Of a DNA stretch of 64,000 nucleotides, positions 17,336-28,738 are shown in pieces. The position numbers and the translations under genes were made by a program. Numbering within the stretch: the stretch's first letter is position 1; each line of letters starts with the position of its first letter. The notes under the pieces were generated by a model. That model ran no database searches. It was not told where the DNA came from and saw only the letters and a program-made list of their open reading frames with translations. The stretch comes from a virus. The stretch spans positions 19,421 through 83,420 of IMG/VR virus record IMGVR_UViG_3300042731_008413; one strand, written 5' to 3'.

Positions 17336-17637
17336 ATGAGATAATCATCTCGTTGGCCGGAAAGCCATACCATATCCCGCCCGCGGTGCTAATGCGAGAA
17401 TGGACGATCCCCCAGGCGTTATTCGCCTATTTTCACCAGATGGAAGAACAAGCAGCCGATGCGCGCCAACAGTTCCTTTTGACAATGGCCGCCATCGGCT
17501 CTGTTTTTTCTAAGGATGGCGAGAAGGTAGCCAAGCGGGTGTTGGATAGTTTTGATGGTCCACCCCTGAAACTTGAAGACGTAAAAGAAACGTTGTCTGA
17601 ATCCCAGAAAGCCGTGTTGTTTGGCAGGAAGCCGTAA
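17218..17637 (+). CDS. Frameshift extension of tail chaperone (gpGT-like, -1 programmed frameshift)
   Basis: A AAA AAA at 17218-17224. The -1 frame was checked and is open from 17221 to the stop at 17637. Confidence 0.8.
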   Translation, partial: KKNNQSDSAGTSKSGSRLNQRGFDRYYQDRSGAIWGDAIDEIIISLAGKPYHIPPAVLMREWTIPQALFAYFHQMEEQAADARQQFLLTMAAIGSVFSKDGEKVAKRVLDSFDGPPLKLEDVKETLSESQKAVLFGRKP

Positions 17638-20600
17638 TGGAACCGAAACAAATTTTAATCAGGGTTCTAACTAAATTCGAGGATGCCGGGGTTCAAGCTG
17701 CTAAAAAAGTGGTGGCCGATACCGCTAATCAGATCAACCGGGCCGGCAAAGCGGCGGCCAAATCTTCGGTTGATTTCAAGCGGTTGGGAGCATCTATCAG
17801 GGGGGTTGTTTCTGGCTTTAAAGGTTTGGGTGGGGGTATCCTCGGTGCATTAAACCCACTCCGCTTGTTCGATAATATCTTTGGCCGGGTCACCATTGGT
17901 TTGGCTACCTGGGAAGCATGGCGGAGAGTTAAGGCCGGATTCGAGGCTATAGCCGATGCCACGGTCAACGCCAATGCCAAGATGCAGGTGGCTTTTGGGG
18001 CTTTTACCGCTTTCTCTGGGGGGAGTGAGGAATCGGCCAACCAATTCATTGGTATCCTCAAACAATTATCCATCGAAACCGGGGTGGCTTTTGATACCCT
18101 TCTGGATAACGCCAAAGCCCTGCCTACCAAAGTCGGTCAGAACTTTCAGGCATTTGAAGAGATAGCCAAGACCGCTATTGCCCTGGGTTTTCTGGACCCT
18201 GCTCAGGGGGTTGAGGGGGCGTTCTTTGCTTTGCGTAATGCCCTGGAAGGTGGGGCGCAAGGTCTCCGGTCCTTAATTCAACGATTCGAGATTGGAACAG
18301 TCAGGGAATTCAACGCGGCCCTGGATGAAACCGGGGATGTGTTATCGGCCTTACAATTAATGCTGAAACGTACCGGCCTGGACGTTGACACCTTCATCGA
18401 AAGCCAGCGCAATACCTACCCGGTCGTTATTCAGAGCATCCAGAGCATCCTCAAAGAACTTCTCAGGATTTCTACCTCGCAAGTGTTCCAATTGATTACC
18501 GATGATTTGGTTCGGATGAGAAATTGGCTTCAGGACAACCAGGCTGCCCTGGAAGCGGTTGCTAGGGTGGTCAGCGAAAAGATGGTGGTGGCCTTTGGGA
18601 TGCTCAAGCAATTCATTCGAGACATTATCCTGGGTGGCCGACAACTGACCGCGGGTAATGTTTTTCAGGCCATTATCGATGGCATCAATGGTATTATTGA
18701 GGTCATCGAGAAAGCGGTTAAGGGCCTCATTCAATTCTTTACCTTGTTGGCCAATCTGGTATCCGGGTTGTTGGGTGGCGGACAGATCGAAACCGCGGTT
18801 TCTGAGAGCGTCACCCAGACTGGAACCGCTACAGCTAAAGCTATTGAATCCTCTACCAAAAAAGTCAAAGCTGCCGGCAAGGAATTAAAAGACACCGTTG
18901 AGGATGTGGTTGAGACCATCATCGAGGTGCCGGCAATGTCTACAGCCAAGATTACCTCTGCCTTGACCGCGGTGACCGAAGGTGGCAAGGAGACTATCAA
19001 ACGATATGTCAGTGGATTGGTGGAGGGGTTGGACGCCGCGGGGGTCGAGAAGGTCAGAGACGCTATTCTTAACAACATCATTGATCTCGAACGGCAACAA
19101 CTTGACCAGGAAAAATCAGTCAAGCGGATTGAGGATTGGGTCGATGCCGCGGCCAAAGAGGTTGAAAAGGCTAGAGACCGGCTGAAGTTGTTTGATCTCA
19201 ATACGGCTGACATCCCAGAGAGATTCACTAGAGCCAGACGGCGGCAACTTGAACTGGAAATCATGCGAGCCGAACAAGAGGAGAAACGGCGCAAGGCGGC
19301 TCTGGATGCAGCCAAAGAACAATTGGCCGTTACCAAAGATATTCTTAAGGCCCAACGCCAGGTTCTTAGTGAACTCGAAAGTTCTCTAAAAGATACTGAG
19401 GGGGCTGGTGGGGGTATCTTTACCGGGTTTGTTCCGCCTACCACTGACTTAGAGGGCTATCAGGCTCAAGTCGAGTCCCTGATTGGGTCGTTTAGGGATC
19501 GGTTACAGCCTACGTTCACTCGACTTAGGGAAGATTTCGAGAAGCTGGGGCAACTGTTGCGGGGGTTGTTTGGGGCGGAATCTACAGGGCGTCTGACTGA
19601 ATTCTTCGAGGCCGGGCAAAAGATACGGCAGGCTGTAGCCGATATCTCGTCGTTTTTAGGGGGGCTAATCGAGAAGACTGATGCCTTGTTTAGCAGTTTG
19701 TTCTCTGGGTGGGATAGCCTCGATCCGGGATTAAGGAAATTCCTGTTGGTTATTTTGGGAATTACGGCCATAAAGAATATTGGTTCGATTGCCGCGGCTA
19801 TTAAGTTGGTTTGGTCATTCGGCGGGGTGTTAGCTCAGTTGGGTGGGGCAACGGCAACAGGGTTGATCGCAGCCCTATTTGGAACCGGTGGGGCGTCGGT
19901 AGCTGCCCTGGTGTTGCCAGTTACCATTCTTCTAGCCGAAATCTACCTGGGGCGACACGAACTAAGTAAATGGTTTACTGGTGAGCGACCCCAACAGTTG
20001 ATTGTTAGTCTAAAAGTTATTGGGGCTGAAATACTTAATGAAATCCTGGCTCTGTTTGGGCAGGAACCGATATCAATTGAGGTTGATGGACAAGAGGTAA
20101 CTCCCCAACGCGGCCTCGGTAATGTGCTATCAGGTATCAGCGAGGCCGTAGGGGGGACTTTAGCTGATTTGGCCGAAAGTTTGGGTGTTGATAGCGTTAT
20201 CGAGAAATTGACGGGGGCAGAACCGGAAATTCGTCAAGCGGCTAAAGATGGCATGGCTACCCCTATCATCCAAACCGCCGAAGATGTCAATCGGGAACTG
20301 GTAGGCAACTCTATCTTCCCAGATATGATCTCCAGAATCATCTATCTGTTTACTACCTTGCCAGGCAGACTCCAACCTCAACTACAATCATTGCGACTGT
20401 TGGTAATCGGTGAAATGGCCTTACTTCGCAACCAGTGGATAATGGATTGGCAGGCAATGGCCCAGGCTACGGTCGATGCCGTCAACCAGATCAATGCCGC
20501 CCAGATGCAAATTCAGACTACGGCAGCTAACTCTACCGCGTCCAGTGCGTCTGCCCCGGCAACCCCATTAACCCCCATCGAGCGAATCAGGCTAGAACTC

Positions 20601-20699
20601 AATGCTCAGGAGACTCGTAGGCTGATGGAAGAGGGGGTGGCTGATGGGATGGCAGAGGTTGCCAGGTATGTCAAGAAGTCCAGCCCGAAACGGAAATAG
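17637..20699 (+). CDS. Tape measure protein
   Basis: 1020 aa, Ala/Gly-rich, coiled-coil and hydrophobic stretches; LVGNSIFPDM C-terminal motif. Confidence 0.9.
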   Translation: MEPKQILIRVLTKFEDAGVQAAKKVVADTANQINRAGKAAAKSSVDFKRLGASIRGVVSGFKGLGGGILGALNPLRLFDNIFGRVTIGLATWEAWRRVKAGFEAIADATVNANAKMQVAFGAFTAFSGGSEESANQFIGILKQLSIETGVAFDTLLDNAKALPTKVGQNFQAFEEIAKTAIALGFLDPAQGVEGAFFALRNALEGGAQGLRSLIQRFEIGTVREFNAALDETGDVLSALQLMLKRTGLDVDTFIESQRNTYPVVIQSIQSILKELLRISTSQVFQLITDDLVRMRNWLQDNQAALEAVARVVSEKMVVAFGMLKQFIRDIILGGRQLTAGNVFQAIIDGINGIIEVIEKAVKGLIQFFTLLANLVSGLLGGGQIETAVSESVTQTGTATAKAIESSTKKVKAAGKELKDTVEDVVETIIEVPAMSTAKITSALTAVTEGGKETIKRYVSGLVEGLDAAGVEKVRDAILNNIIDLERQQLDQEKSVKRIEDWVDAAAKEVEKARDRLKLFDLNTADIPERFTRARRRQLELEIMRAEQEEKRRKAALDAAKEQLAVTKDILKAQRQVLSELESSLKDTEGAGGGIFTGFVPPTTDLEGYQAQVESLIGSFRDRLQPTFTRLREDFEKLGQLLRGLFGAESTGRLTEFFEAGQKIRQAVADISSFLGGLIEKTDALFSSLFSGWDSLDPGLRKFLLVILGITAIKNIGSIAAAIKLVWSFGGVLAQLGGATATGLIAALFGTGGASVAALVLPVTILLAEIYLGRHELSKWFTGERPQQLIVSLKVIGAEILNEILALFGQEPISIEVDGQEVTPQRGLGNVLSGISEAVGGTLADLAESLGVDSVIEKLTGAEPEIRQAAKDGMATPIIQTAEDVNRELVGNSIFPDMISRIIYLFTTLPGRLQPQLQSLRLLVIGEMALLRNQWIMDWQAMAQATVDAVNQINAAQMQIQTTAANSTASSASAPATPLTPIERIRLELNAQETRRLMEEGVADGMAEVARYVKKSSPKRK

Positions 20700-20701
20700 C
20701 C

Positions 20702-21118
20702 ATGCCAACTAATCTAGGGCGACCAACCAGCACTCAGATAGGCTTGACTTATGATGCACTAGCCGATGTCAAGGTGGAGCCGTTTGTGGAGTTCATGACC
20801 GGCTCTAATCCCGAGCGAACTGTATGTGGGGGTAGCCGGTGGCAGGGGTCTCCGAAGTGCAGGTGGACGTTTCCGAATATGCGTTTGACCGGCGAGGAGT
20901 TCTACCAGTTTGCCGGGCTGGTTGGGGATAATCCATCGGTCAGTGTTTATATCACTACTTCTACTCAGAAGATGAATTTGGAAACGTATACTCCGCTTTA
21001 CGTCACCTATCAAGGGATTCTGATCTGGCCCGAATCTGATGTGGTGATGACAAAGTATAATGAATGGGAGTTCCCTGATGAGGGGCTGCTGTTTACGAAT
21101 TTGACAGGCGTCGATTGA
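20702..21118 (+). CDS. Distal tail protein (putative)
   Basis: Synteny after the tape measure gene. Confidence 0.5.
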   Translation: MPTNLGRPTSTQIGLTYDALADVKVEPFVEFMTGSNPERTVCGGSRWQGSPKCRWTFPNMRLTGEEFYQFAGLVGDNPSVSVYITTSTQKMNLETYTPLYVTYQGILIWPESDVVMTKYNEWEFPDEGLLFTNLTGVD

Positions 21119-21129
21119 AAGAATGATTT

Positions 21130-23859
21130 ATGCCCGAAGTGTCAACCACAAATTGGAATCGATTACGCTCCAAAGCCCAATGGTCCCGATGTGGGATGCT
21201 GGTATTTCAGGCTCCTATCATTGCCACGGCTACGGTTTCAGGTTCCCCGGCAACCGGAGCTACCACCATCAGCCTCTCAGGTTATTCCGAAGATGAAACC
21301 CCGGACGCTTATTACACTGTAATAGTCGGTTCGTCTGCCGGTAACGATGATGGGGGCAAGGTTAGACTCCGCTCCGTCAATGACGGTGGCTCATCTATCA
21401 AAGTGGCCGTCAATAATATCGAGTGGCCAGATTACCCCTACGTTTCTATCCTTAAGGAAATTTTGCCCTGGTCGATTTTGCCTGACCTGGGCAACGACAG
21501 GATGGACGCTGACATTGCCTACGATGACGAAAACGAGAATTGGCGACCCCTGGCCCGGATAGGTCCACCCTCCTGGGGCTATGTCGATGTAGCCACCAGG
21601 TTCCATTCCAAAAGTCTGGCCTGGGATGGTTCGGCCAAGGTATTCAATAGCAATAACGTCGCCAGCCATAGTTGGGCCTTCCCGAGTGGTAGCCCCTCGT
21701 CCAGTTCATCGGAAGGCACCGTAGCCAGCCCTATTGAAGTCACCTGGAACACCAAGACAGGCCACAATCCCAAGTATATCAAATACACCGTGACCGACGC
21801 TAGTGGCTTTACCCACACCCGCTACAATCCTCATTGGGTTATCGAGGATTTTACCACGGACTGTTATTGCGATATCGAGATTGAGAGTTGTAGCGGCGAC
21901 TACAGCGCTGGCACCTGGGATGCCAGGATCAAAGTGCGCTCCAATGCTACCAGTTCAGACTTTCCCTCGGACGCAATGATCGTTATCATCGCTGAGGATT
22001 ATTACAACGGCGAAAAGGTCAGTATTGGCGGCAATTGGGAATTTAGGGAAGATGTGGTGTTTATGGGCTGGATTGTGCGCGGTACCACCTTTCAGGATGC
22101 CGAGACCGGGTACGTTACCTTCGATGTGTCCGGCACTATCGGCAAGGCGGCTCAGCTAACCGACTGGCCGGCCAACCTGGAATATAAATCAAATCCTTCG
22201 GCCTGGAACCAACTCAAGAATATGACCTGCGACTTGGCTGCCATCCACATTCTAACCCAACGCACTACCCTGGATCACATCGTAGATATTACCCCAATGC
22301 AAGATAGTAAAATCCTGCGATATGTCGATATCCCCGAGACAGACGTAGCCACACAGTTAGATGACTATTGTCTGTCTCCCCGAGGGGGCAAGGCGTTGTC
22401 TGATCGGCAGGGACAAATTTACTTCAGCCGAAATCCTAACCTCAGACCATTGTCTGAACGAACTTCGATCACGGAGATCGGTGAATTCGATTTGGATGAT
22501 CTGCGCTCTGACCCCGGCCTGGAACTGGCCATCGAAGAGCAGGAACCCCAGGTGGCTCAGGTGGATTTCATTGGTTTTACTTATGACGGTAATGACGTGA
22601 CTCCTCTGTACTCCCTGGCCCCTGAATGGCAATTCCATACAGGTCGAGTAGAGAAAGTGGATGGAGTTCGGGCGGACAGCCAATCGGAGGCCAATACTCT
22701 GGCCGGGATGTATCTGGCCAATTTCAACAACATCTGGACCCAGGTCAGATGCCCCTTCTTCAATTATCGCATATTCGATATTGCCCCAGAGCATTATGCT
22801 ACGTTGTCTCTGGCGGCGACTGATACCGAACGAGGTATCGTTTGGAGTTCACAAAAGCTGCTGGCCCGGTCAGTAGACATCACGTATAGTTCCGAGGATG
22901 AATCCATCGAAGTCGAGGTCATTTTTGAAAAAGACAGCTTTGGTCCTCCGGGAGTGGGGGGCGGCTATTCCAAGGAGCCACCACGCCGGTCGTCATCCCC
23001 TGCCCCTGCCCCGGAAATCGAGGCTCCGGCTTTGGCCACCTGGTCCAGCTTTTACATTCGTAAGGGTGGGGATGCACAATGGAATGAGCGGGGTGATAGG
23101 GGGGTGTTTAACGGCGGTTGTGTGGACCCCTGGTGGTTCACCGACAGCAAGGCTAATTCGACCGATCCTGACAAAGCTATCGTTTATGGGTGTGGGGATG
23201 ATGGAGTATTGCAACGTAGCACTAATGCCGGCCAGACCTGGAGTGACGTTACCTTAATCGCCCCCCCTGATACCTGGACCGATACTCCGGCTCCTACTAT
23301 TGATGACATCGATTTGGTGTGGGTCGAAGGTGATTATTTCCAGAACGGTCGATTCTACGTATTGGCCTCCTGGCAAAACGACAGCGATCAGTGGCGAGGG
23401 TGGATTTGCATCACCGATGATGACTTTCAGAGCTATACATGGTATGCTTTATATGATGACGGGGGGGCTTTACCGGATGAGGTCCGCCCGTTAGGGGTTG
23501 AGGCCAACAAAGAGAACGTGTTGGTTACAGTCTGGACCGATGATATTTTGCAGTTGCAATTGTGGGACCCCCTGCCATTCGCTTATGGGGGCGAGCATGA
23601 CCTGGGGAGTGCTTTGACAGCCGAAGTACCCGGTACTTACACGGCCTATCCCAAGATTGTATTGGATGATCCCCAGGTATGGTTTGTGTTTGGTCGGATG
23701 CAGGGACCACAGGGACTAAGTGATCCCAGTCATATTATCAAGTATAATGGCAGTTGGTCCGAGGTGGAGTCGAGTTGGACTACATCTATTTGCGGATCGT
23801 TTGATACGGTTAAGCTCGATGACGGGCGAAGGGAGTATTATGCAGTCAGAAACATTTAA
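21130..23859 (+). CDS. Tail tip/hub protein with PKD-like and BNR-like regions
   Basis: 909 aa acidic; SHSWAFPSGSPSSS (PKD-like), RSTNAGQTWS (Asp-box). Confidence 0.7.
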   Translation: MPEVSTTNWNRLRSKAQWSRCGMLVFQAPIIATATVSGSPATGATTISLSGYSEDETPDAYYTVIVGSSAGNDDGGKVRLRSVNDGGSSIKVAVNNIEWPDYPYVSILKEILPWSILPDLGNDRMDADIAYDDENENWRPLARIGPPSWGYVDVATRFHSKSLAWDGSAKVFNSNNVASHSWAFPSGSPSSSSSEGTVASPIEVTWNTKTGHNPKYIKYTVTDASGFTHTRYNPHWVIEDFTTDCYCDIEIESCSGDYSAGTWDARIKVRSNATSSDFPSDAMIVIIAEDYYNGEKVSIGGNWEFREDVVFMGWIVRGTTFQDAETGYVTFDVSGTIGKAAQLTDWPANLEYKSNPSAWNQLKNMTCDLAAIHILTQRTTLDHIVDITPMQDSKILRYVDIPETDVATQLDDYCLSPRGGKALSDRQGQIYFSRNPNLRPLSERTSITEIGEFDLDDLRSDPGLELAIEEQEPQVAQVDFIGFTYDGNDVTPLYSLAPEWQFHTGRVEKVDGVRADSQSEANTLAGMYLANFNNIWTQVRCPFFNYRIFDIAPEHYATLSLAATDTERGIVWSSQKLLARSVDITYSSEDESIEVEVIFEKDSFGPPGVGGGYSKEPPRRSSSPAPAPEIEAPALATWSSFYIRKGGDAQWNERGDRGVFNGGCVDPWWFTDSKANSTDPDKAIVYGCGDDGVLQRSTNAGQTWSDVTLIAPPDTWTDTPAPTIDDIDLVWVEGDYFQNGRFYVLASWQNDSDQWRGWICITDDDFQSYTWYALYDDGGALPDEVRPLGVEANKENVLVTVWTDDILQLQLWDPLPFAYGGEHDLGSALTAEVPGTYTAYPKIVLDDPQVWFVFGRMQGPQGLSDPSHIIKYNGSWSEVESSWTTSICGSFDTVKLDDGRREYYAVRNI

Positions 23860-24550
23860 GGGCCAGTCGTTGGTGGAGATGGCTATCGTTACCCCTCTTT
23901 TAATTTTTTTGTTCTTGGGGGTGTTTGAGGTTGGATATGTGATCCGATCTTATATGATACTGGATAACGCGGTCAGGGAGGCAGCCAGGTTTGCCAGCAA
24001 ACCATCCAATACCAATATTGATGGATTGACCGTGGAGGAAATTGGATATCATAGTGTAATAAGCCATACGCTGGCCACAATGTCGGATCAGATTCCGGTG
24101 GATTTTGAGGAAAATGGTGTTATTGTCATCTCGTTTTATGATGTGCCGGCTCAATTTCCTTGTGATCCAGAATTACGAGGTGAACCAATTGGAAATGACA
24201 TGTGGCCTAACTGTGATTGTAATTTAGCTGTGCTCAATCCCTATAAACCAATTATGGTCGATCACCCAGGGTATTCTTCCAGACTGACATTCTCGAAGCC
24301 GTTATCTGTAGCTGGCCGAATCGATACATTTGATATGGCTGAACGATTGGGGCGCGAACAGTTAAAACAAATGTGTGCTTTGGGGAAAAGCGACGAACAA
24401 GCTGCGCTAACGATTCATCAGATAGTAATAGTTGAGGTCTGGTATGACCATTATCAATTATTTGGTTTTCCATTGCTTTCCAATCCGTTTACCGATCCAA
24501 TTGAGTTGTATAGCCGGGCGGTAATGCGATATATTAAGGATAGAGAATAA
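23840..24550 (+). CDS. TadE-like pseudopilin
   Basis: KGQSLVEMAIVTPLLIFLFLGVFEVG...LDNAVREAARFAS: prepilin G|QxxxE site plus TadE motif. RBS GGGAG before ATG 23840. Confidence 0.85.
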   Translation: MQSETFKGQSLVEMAIVTPLLIFLFLGVFEVGYVIRSYMILDNAVREAARFASKPSNTNIDGLTVEEIGYHSVISHTLATMSDQIPVDFEENGVIVISFYDVPAQFPCDPELRGEPIGNDMWPNCDCNLAVLNPYKPIMVDHPGYSSRLTFSKPLSVAGRIDTFDMAERLGREQLKQMCALGKSDEQAALTIHQIVIVEVWYDHYQLFGFPLLSNPFTDPIELYSRAVMRYIKDRE

Positions 24551-26016
24551 TGACTTTATCCGTGTTAGACACAGATTCGGACGGTTTTGGCCCGGCAGCC
24601 AGATGTGCCGGCCCTGAATACGGGTCTGATTATTTTATCTGTTATACCAGTGGCAATGCTCGTATCGCTCAAGTTGACACCGAGGCCGAGACGATCACGA
24701 TGTTGGGGGCCGGAAATACCGATGTGGTTAGCGAAACCATCTCTGAGGACGGCGGGGTATCGCTAATACCTGGCACAGATTATGGTTTGATTGCATACGA
24801 GGTTGATGGCCTTCCTTGTTGCGATACCGATTGTACTATTTATGCCAAGATTATAGAGCCTGCCACTAGCGGCACGACAGTTCAGGCTCACACGGCTGAT
24901 TCTGAAGATTTCTCATATTACGATGGGGGTGGACAAACAGCTTTTGCCAATGCTCCTTCTTCTTCAATTGTTGAAATATTTGTGCAAGCCCTGAGCGACA
25001 CTCTGGGCTTGATCGTATGGAGTATTACAAGCACGCCACCATCAGAAAAATATGGAATGTATGCCGTGGTGGACATATCCGGCACCACAGTTACGGTCAA
25101 CACGCCCGGTTACATTGTTGAATTGAGTGAATTTGAAGATACTCATACTTGGGGCTACGTACCATTGGCCATGAAAAGGATTTCTGACACAGAAGCATTA
25201 TTAATATATCGGATGAGTCCAGATGATAATGATGATGAGGTATGGATTGCCAAGATAACCGTGTCAGGTAGTACTGTGTCATTAAGCAATCAGACCTTGA
25301 TTCATCAAGAGCCGGATGTATCAACGGCTGGACTTGATGCGTTTACCTGTCAGGATAGCTGTATTGGGGTTAATCCCAACGCCGGTGAGTATCTGGCCGC
25401 TATTTATAACACGGCTGGTTATGGCGAATCTTGGTGGTTTAGGACTGATGATGATGCCTCAGTAGGGGCTTTAACCCATAAAGATGAATATCCTTATCCT
25501 TGCCCAAGCGCGCCAATGGCTGACAATCAGTTTCTTACTGCTACTAAAGATGAAAACGGTACAAATGATCTTGAAGTTCAAGTAGCCACAATCGAAAGTG
25601 ACGATTCTATCACCTTGGAATCTAGTCCCAGCCCTATCACTTTAACTGGTGTATCAACCATTCCAAGGGATGTTTATGTTGTCGGGGCTGGCTATTCTGT
25701 GGTTTTTGGCAATACTGAGGCGTTCTTAATAGGGGGGGTGGAGATCACAGAGGCACCAGATATAGAGCCATCCGTAGATTATGATGAGTTTTATTACGGC
25801 ATTGAATCTCTTGATAAAATGTGTGATTTGTCCTTCGGGGTCAAGCCCAAAGGAATGGCCATCAACCCAGACACCAAGGATGTGGTAGTAGTTTCCGACA
25901 CAGCCCAGGCCACGATGTCAGAACGTATGCTCAAGGATGAGAGTTACGCCACGGCCAATGATTTTAGTGATGGATTGGGAATCGATGAGGATATAGACGC
26001 GGTGGAGTATATCTGA
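24550..26016 (+). CDS. Tail-associated beta-propeller-like protein
   Basis: 488 aa acidic; repeated VDISGTTVT / ITVSGSTVS motifs. Confidence 0.55.
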   Translation: MTLSVLDTDSDGFGPAARCAGPEYGSDYFICYTSGNARIAQVDTEAETITMLGAGNTDVVSETISEDGGVSLIPGTDYGLIAYEVDGLPCCDTDCTIYAKIIEPATSGTTVQAHTADSEDFSYYDGGGQTAFANAPSSSIVEIFVQALSDTLGLIVWSITSTPPSEKYGMYAVVDISGTTVTVNTPGYIVELSEFEDTHTWGYVPLAMKRISDTEALLIYRMSPDDNDDEVWIAKITVSGSTVSLSNQTLIHQEPDVSTAGLDAFTCQDSCIGVNPNAGEYLAAIYNTAGYGESWWFRTDDDASVGALTHKDEYPYPCPSAPMADNQFLTATKDENGTNDLEVQVATIESDDSITLESSPSPITLTGVSTIPRDVYVVGAGYSVVFGNTEAFLIGGVEITEAPDIEPSVDYDEFYYGIESLDKMCDLSFGVKPKGMAINPDTKDVVVVSDTAQATMSERMLKDESYATANDFSDGLGIDEDIDAVEYI

Positions 26017-26017
26017 T

Positions 26018-28276
26018 ATGGCTCGTCAATCACCCAAGATGAAGCAAGCCATCCGGTTATGGCAATCGCTTCAGGATGAGAAGCAAAACAGAATTCAGCG
26101 CCAAAGAGGTATTCTGGGCAATGGGACCGGTATTGTTCGAGTGCCTGATCGTCCCGATCTGGTCTATATGCGTCTCAATGCGGATTCTACCCGCGTCTGG
26201 AAGGTGGTCAACGATCAGGTGGCTGACACTGATGGCCTCCCGGTCATTGCCGAAAAACATCCTGACACCGACTTCTGGGAAGTCATCGATGTAGACAAAG
26301 AGGCATTAATTTCTTCCGGCACCGGCTTTACCGGCATTCCCTACCGAAAAACCCACGGCGAAACCCACGAATGGCCGGATGGATCACCTGGCATCGACGC
26401 GGTGAATGTCTATCGCCGGTCGCTGGTCGATCTTCGCACCGAGCCGGTCTACGAAAATTATTCCCTGAACGTCTACGTCAGGCCATTGGTTTACTCATAT
26501 CAGGGTACAATCAAGCGCTACAAAGGTACTCAGCCCTATCTTAGCCTGTCTTCTTACGTCCCCCAGACAGGCATCCGATCCATTCTGACCTATCTGGATA
26601 TTCGGACCAATTATTTTTGGGCTTCTCCCGGACCACCGACCTCATATTACGTTGGCAACACCCCTACTGAGCCGAATGTGCCCTGGTATGCCAAACCATC
26701 GGCTCTGGTGACATTGCGGGAATCCCAGAATATCATCACCGAGGCGGACATTGAGGATATTCGAGATGTCATTGATGATGAGGGTATCCATCATAATCTG
26801 ACAGCCAGCCGTGCCCCGACAATAAATGATGATGCCTTGAGCGGGTATTCAGAAGGGTCGTTTTGGTTGTTTGGGACTACGCTGTACGCGTGTTCTAATC
26901 CGGCGATTGGGGCGGCGGTGTGGGGGCAGGTAAATGGGGGTGGTAATGCCTGGCCTCTTGACGATCAACTACTTGATGAAGATGCTACAGAGTATGCAAA
27001 TATCTTAGCATTGATAACTGCCTTGAATACGGGCGGGAAGAGTAACGGCTACCTGGGGCCAGGCTTTTTTACGTATTCTTCAGCAGACATTTCCTGGTTT
27101 AACGGAAATACGGCTCTTGTTGGGGTAACGAGACGCCGAAGCCGGATTGAGTTCGATGCCGGCCATAGTCTGCTACTTGGCGCGGGCGTAGAAATAAAGG
27201 CGTTGGGGATATCCTCAACTGGAGGGAGTGGGGATACCGGATGTATAGAGATTGGCAACAATGTAAGCTCTGTTTTTCTCAAATTATTGTATTTAACTAC
27301 CACGGCTCCATCGGGAAACGATGCCTATGCTCTCAAGGTGGGCACAAATAACATCGGGCATCATTTTATCGATCTCGAATGTCTTGCCAGTGCGTCCGGC
27401 GGTGGTACTGCATATGCCTTATATATAGACACAGGATGTTCCGCTATTATTGTGGAGGGTGGATATTATCAGGGAGATGTTACTATCGCCGGGGCCAGTG
27501 GCGTCAGTCTTTTGGGTCCGATAATTACTGGGACGGTTTCTTTTTCATCTGCTACAAATGGATGGTATATCGATTCGAGTGATGACCTTCATTTTGTAAA
27601 AGGTGGGTCAGACATCGCTGTTATTGATAGCGATGGGATAACACTGCCTGAGAGCGGCGATGACATTTATATCGCCGGTGATGAGGCAGGAGTAAAAGAG
27701 CGCAATACTGATTTTGGCGTAACTAGCATTACAGACCACTTTGATAATGACTCTTTCTCCGGGTGGTCGTGGTCAAATTATGGTGGTATGATTACGCCCG
27801 ACAACATTTCAATGACGGCCTATCCTTCTATGGTCCGCATATACAATAGCTCCGGGGGGAAATGGTTTGCCTATCAGTCATATTCATCGGCAGTTCCAAA
27901 GGTAAGGCTCACAGCAGGTGAGCAAACTTATATTGGGTTGCGGATAGATGATGGTACGGACAGTAACTACGTGGAAATTTCAATTCTGCTTAGCGGTGGA
28001 GTATATAACATCTACACAACCAAGTCAGTTAGCGGCGTTGTGACCGGCCCAACATTGAGAGCCACTGGTGTACCGGCAGGATTTTATATATTAGGCTTTT
28101 CCAGAAGCGGTGACAACGTGCAGTCGCTCTATACTCTTAATAGTCTTGCGTTGACCAGATTAGCTGGGGAGACCGTAACATCATTTTCACCAGCGAACAC
28201 TGGGTTTTTTGGCAGCCATAATTCCGGTTCACCAAACGTGGCACACGCTGGTGTGTTTGATTGGATTTTTAAGTGA
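26018..28276 (+). CDS. Tail fibre/receptor-binding protein
   Basis: 752 aa; APTINDD..GYSEGSFW..GAAVW motif, beta-helix-like middle, lectin-like C-terminus. Confidence 0.7.
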   Translation: MARQSPKMKQAIRLWQSLQDEKQNRIQRQRGILGNGTGIVRVPDRPDLVYMRLNADSTRVWKVVNDQVADTDGLPVIAEKHPDTDFWEVIDVDKEALISSGTGFTGIPYRKTHGETHEWPDGSPGIDAVNVYRRSLVDLRTEPVYENYSLNVYVRPLVYSYQGTIKRYKGTQPYLSLSSYVPQTGIRSILTYLDIRTNYFWASPGPPTSYYVGNTPTEPNVPWYAKPSALVTLRESQNIITEADIEDIRDVIDDEGIHHNLTASRAPTINDDALSGYSEGSFWLFGTTLYACSNPAIGAAVWGQVNGGGNAWPLDDQLLDEDATEYANILALITALNTGGKSNGYLGPGFFTYSSADISWFNGNTALVGVTRRRSRIEFDAGHSLLLGAGVEIKALGISSTGGSGDTGCIEIGNNVSSVFLKLLYLTTTAPSGNDAYALKVGTNNIGHHFIDLECLASASGGGTAYALYIDTGCSAIIVEGGYYQGDVTIAGASGVSLLGPIITGTVSFSSATNGWYIDSSDDLHFVKGGSDIAVIDSDGITLPESGDDIYIAGDEAGVKERNTDFGVTSITDHFDNDSFSGWSWSNYGGMITPDNISMTAYPSMVRIYNSSGGKWFAYQSYSSAVPKVRLTAGEQTYIGLRIDDGTDSNYVEISILLSGGVYNIYTTKSVSGVVTGPTLRATGVPAGFYILGFSRSGDNVQSLYTLNSLALTRLAGETVTSFSPANTGFFGSHNSGSPNVAHAGVFDWIFK

Positions 28277-28738
28277 GGGAAAATAAAAATGATAAGGATT
28301 TGGCGCCTCGATATGAGGATGCCAATATCGCCAACACGATTAATTCTGTGGCCGCGAGCTATTATATGGCGCAAAATTGTTACGTTGGGGCTTCGATATT
28401 TACGAGAATTGATTCGATAAGCGACATTAATATCGGTTGTGTGGTCATGAATTATAAATATTTGTTTAACAAGTGAATGAACAAAGAGAAGAAGTCAGAA
28501 AAATTTATCAATCACTACATTGATACTTTCTACCCGGCAATCGCCGGGTGCATGAGTATCCAACGAAGCCAGGCTACGCCATATATGGACTCTAAGCGGA
28601 CGCTGGTCAAAGGCCAGCAGTCTACCGATACGGACCGGACCGCTGCTGCTGCTTAAGGCGCTGGTGTTTACGGCAAGATATCTTAATGAGTTAATCCAGT
28701 AGAGTGTGGCTACTCAGGGGGGTTAGATTTTTTAACAA

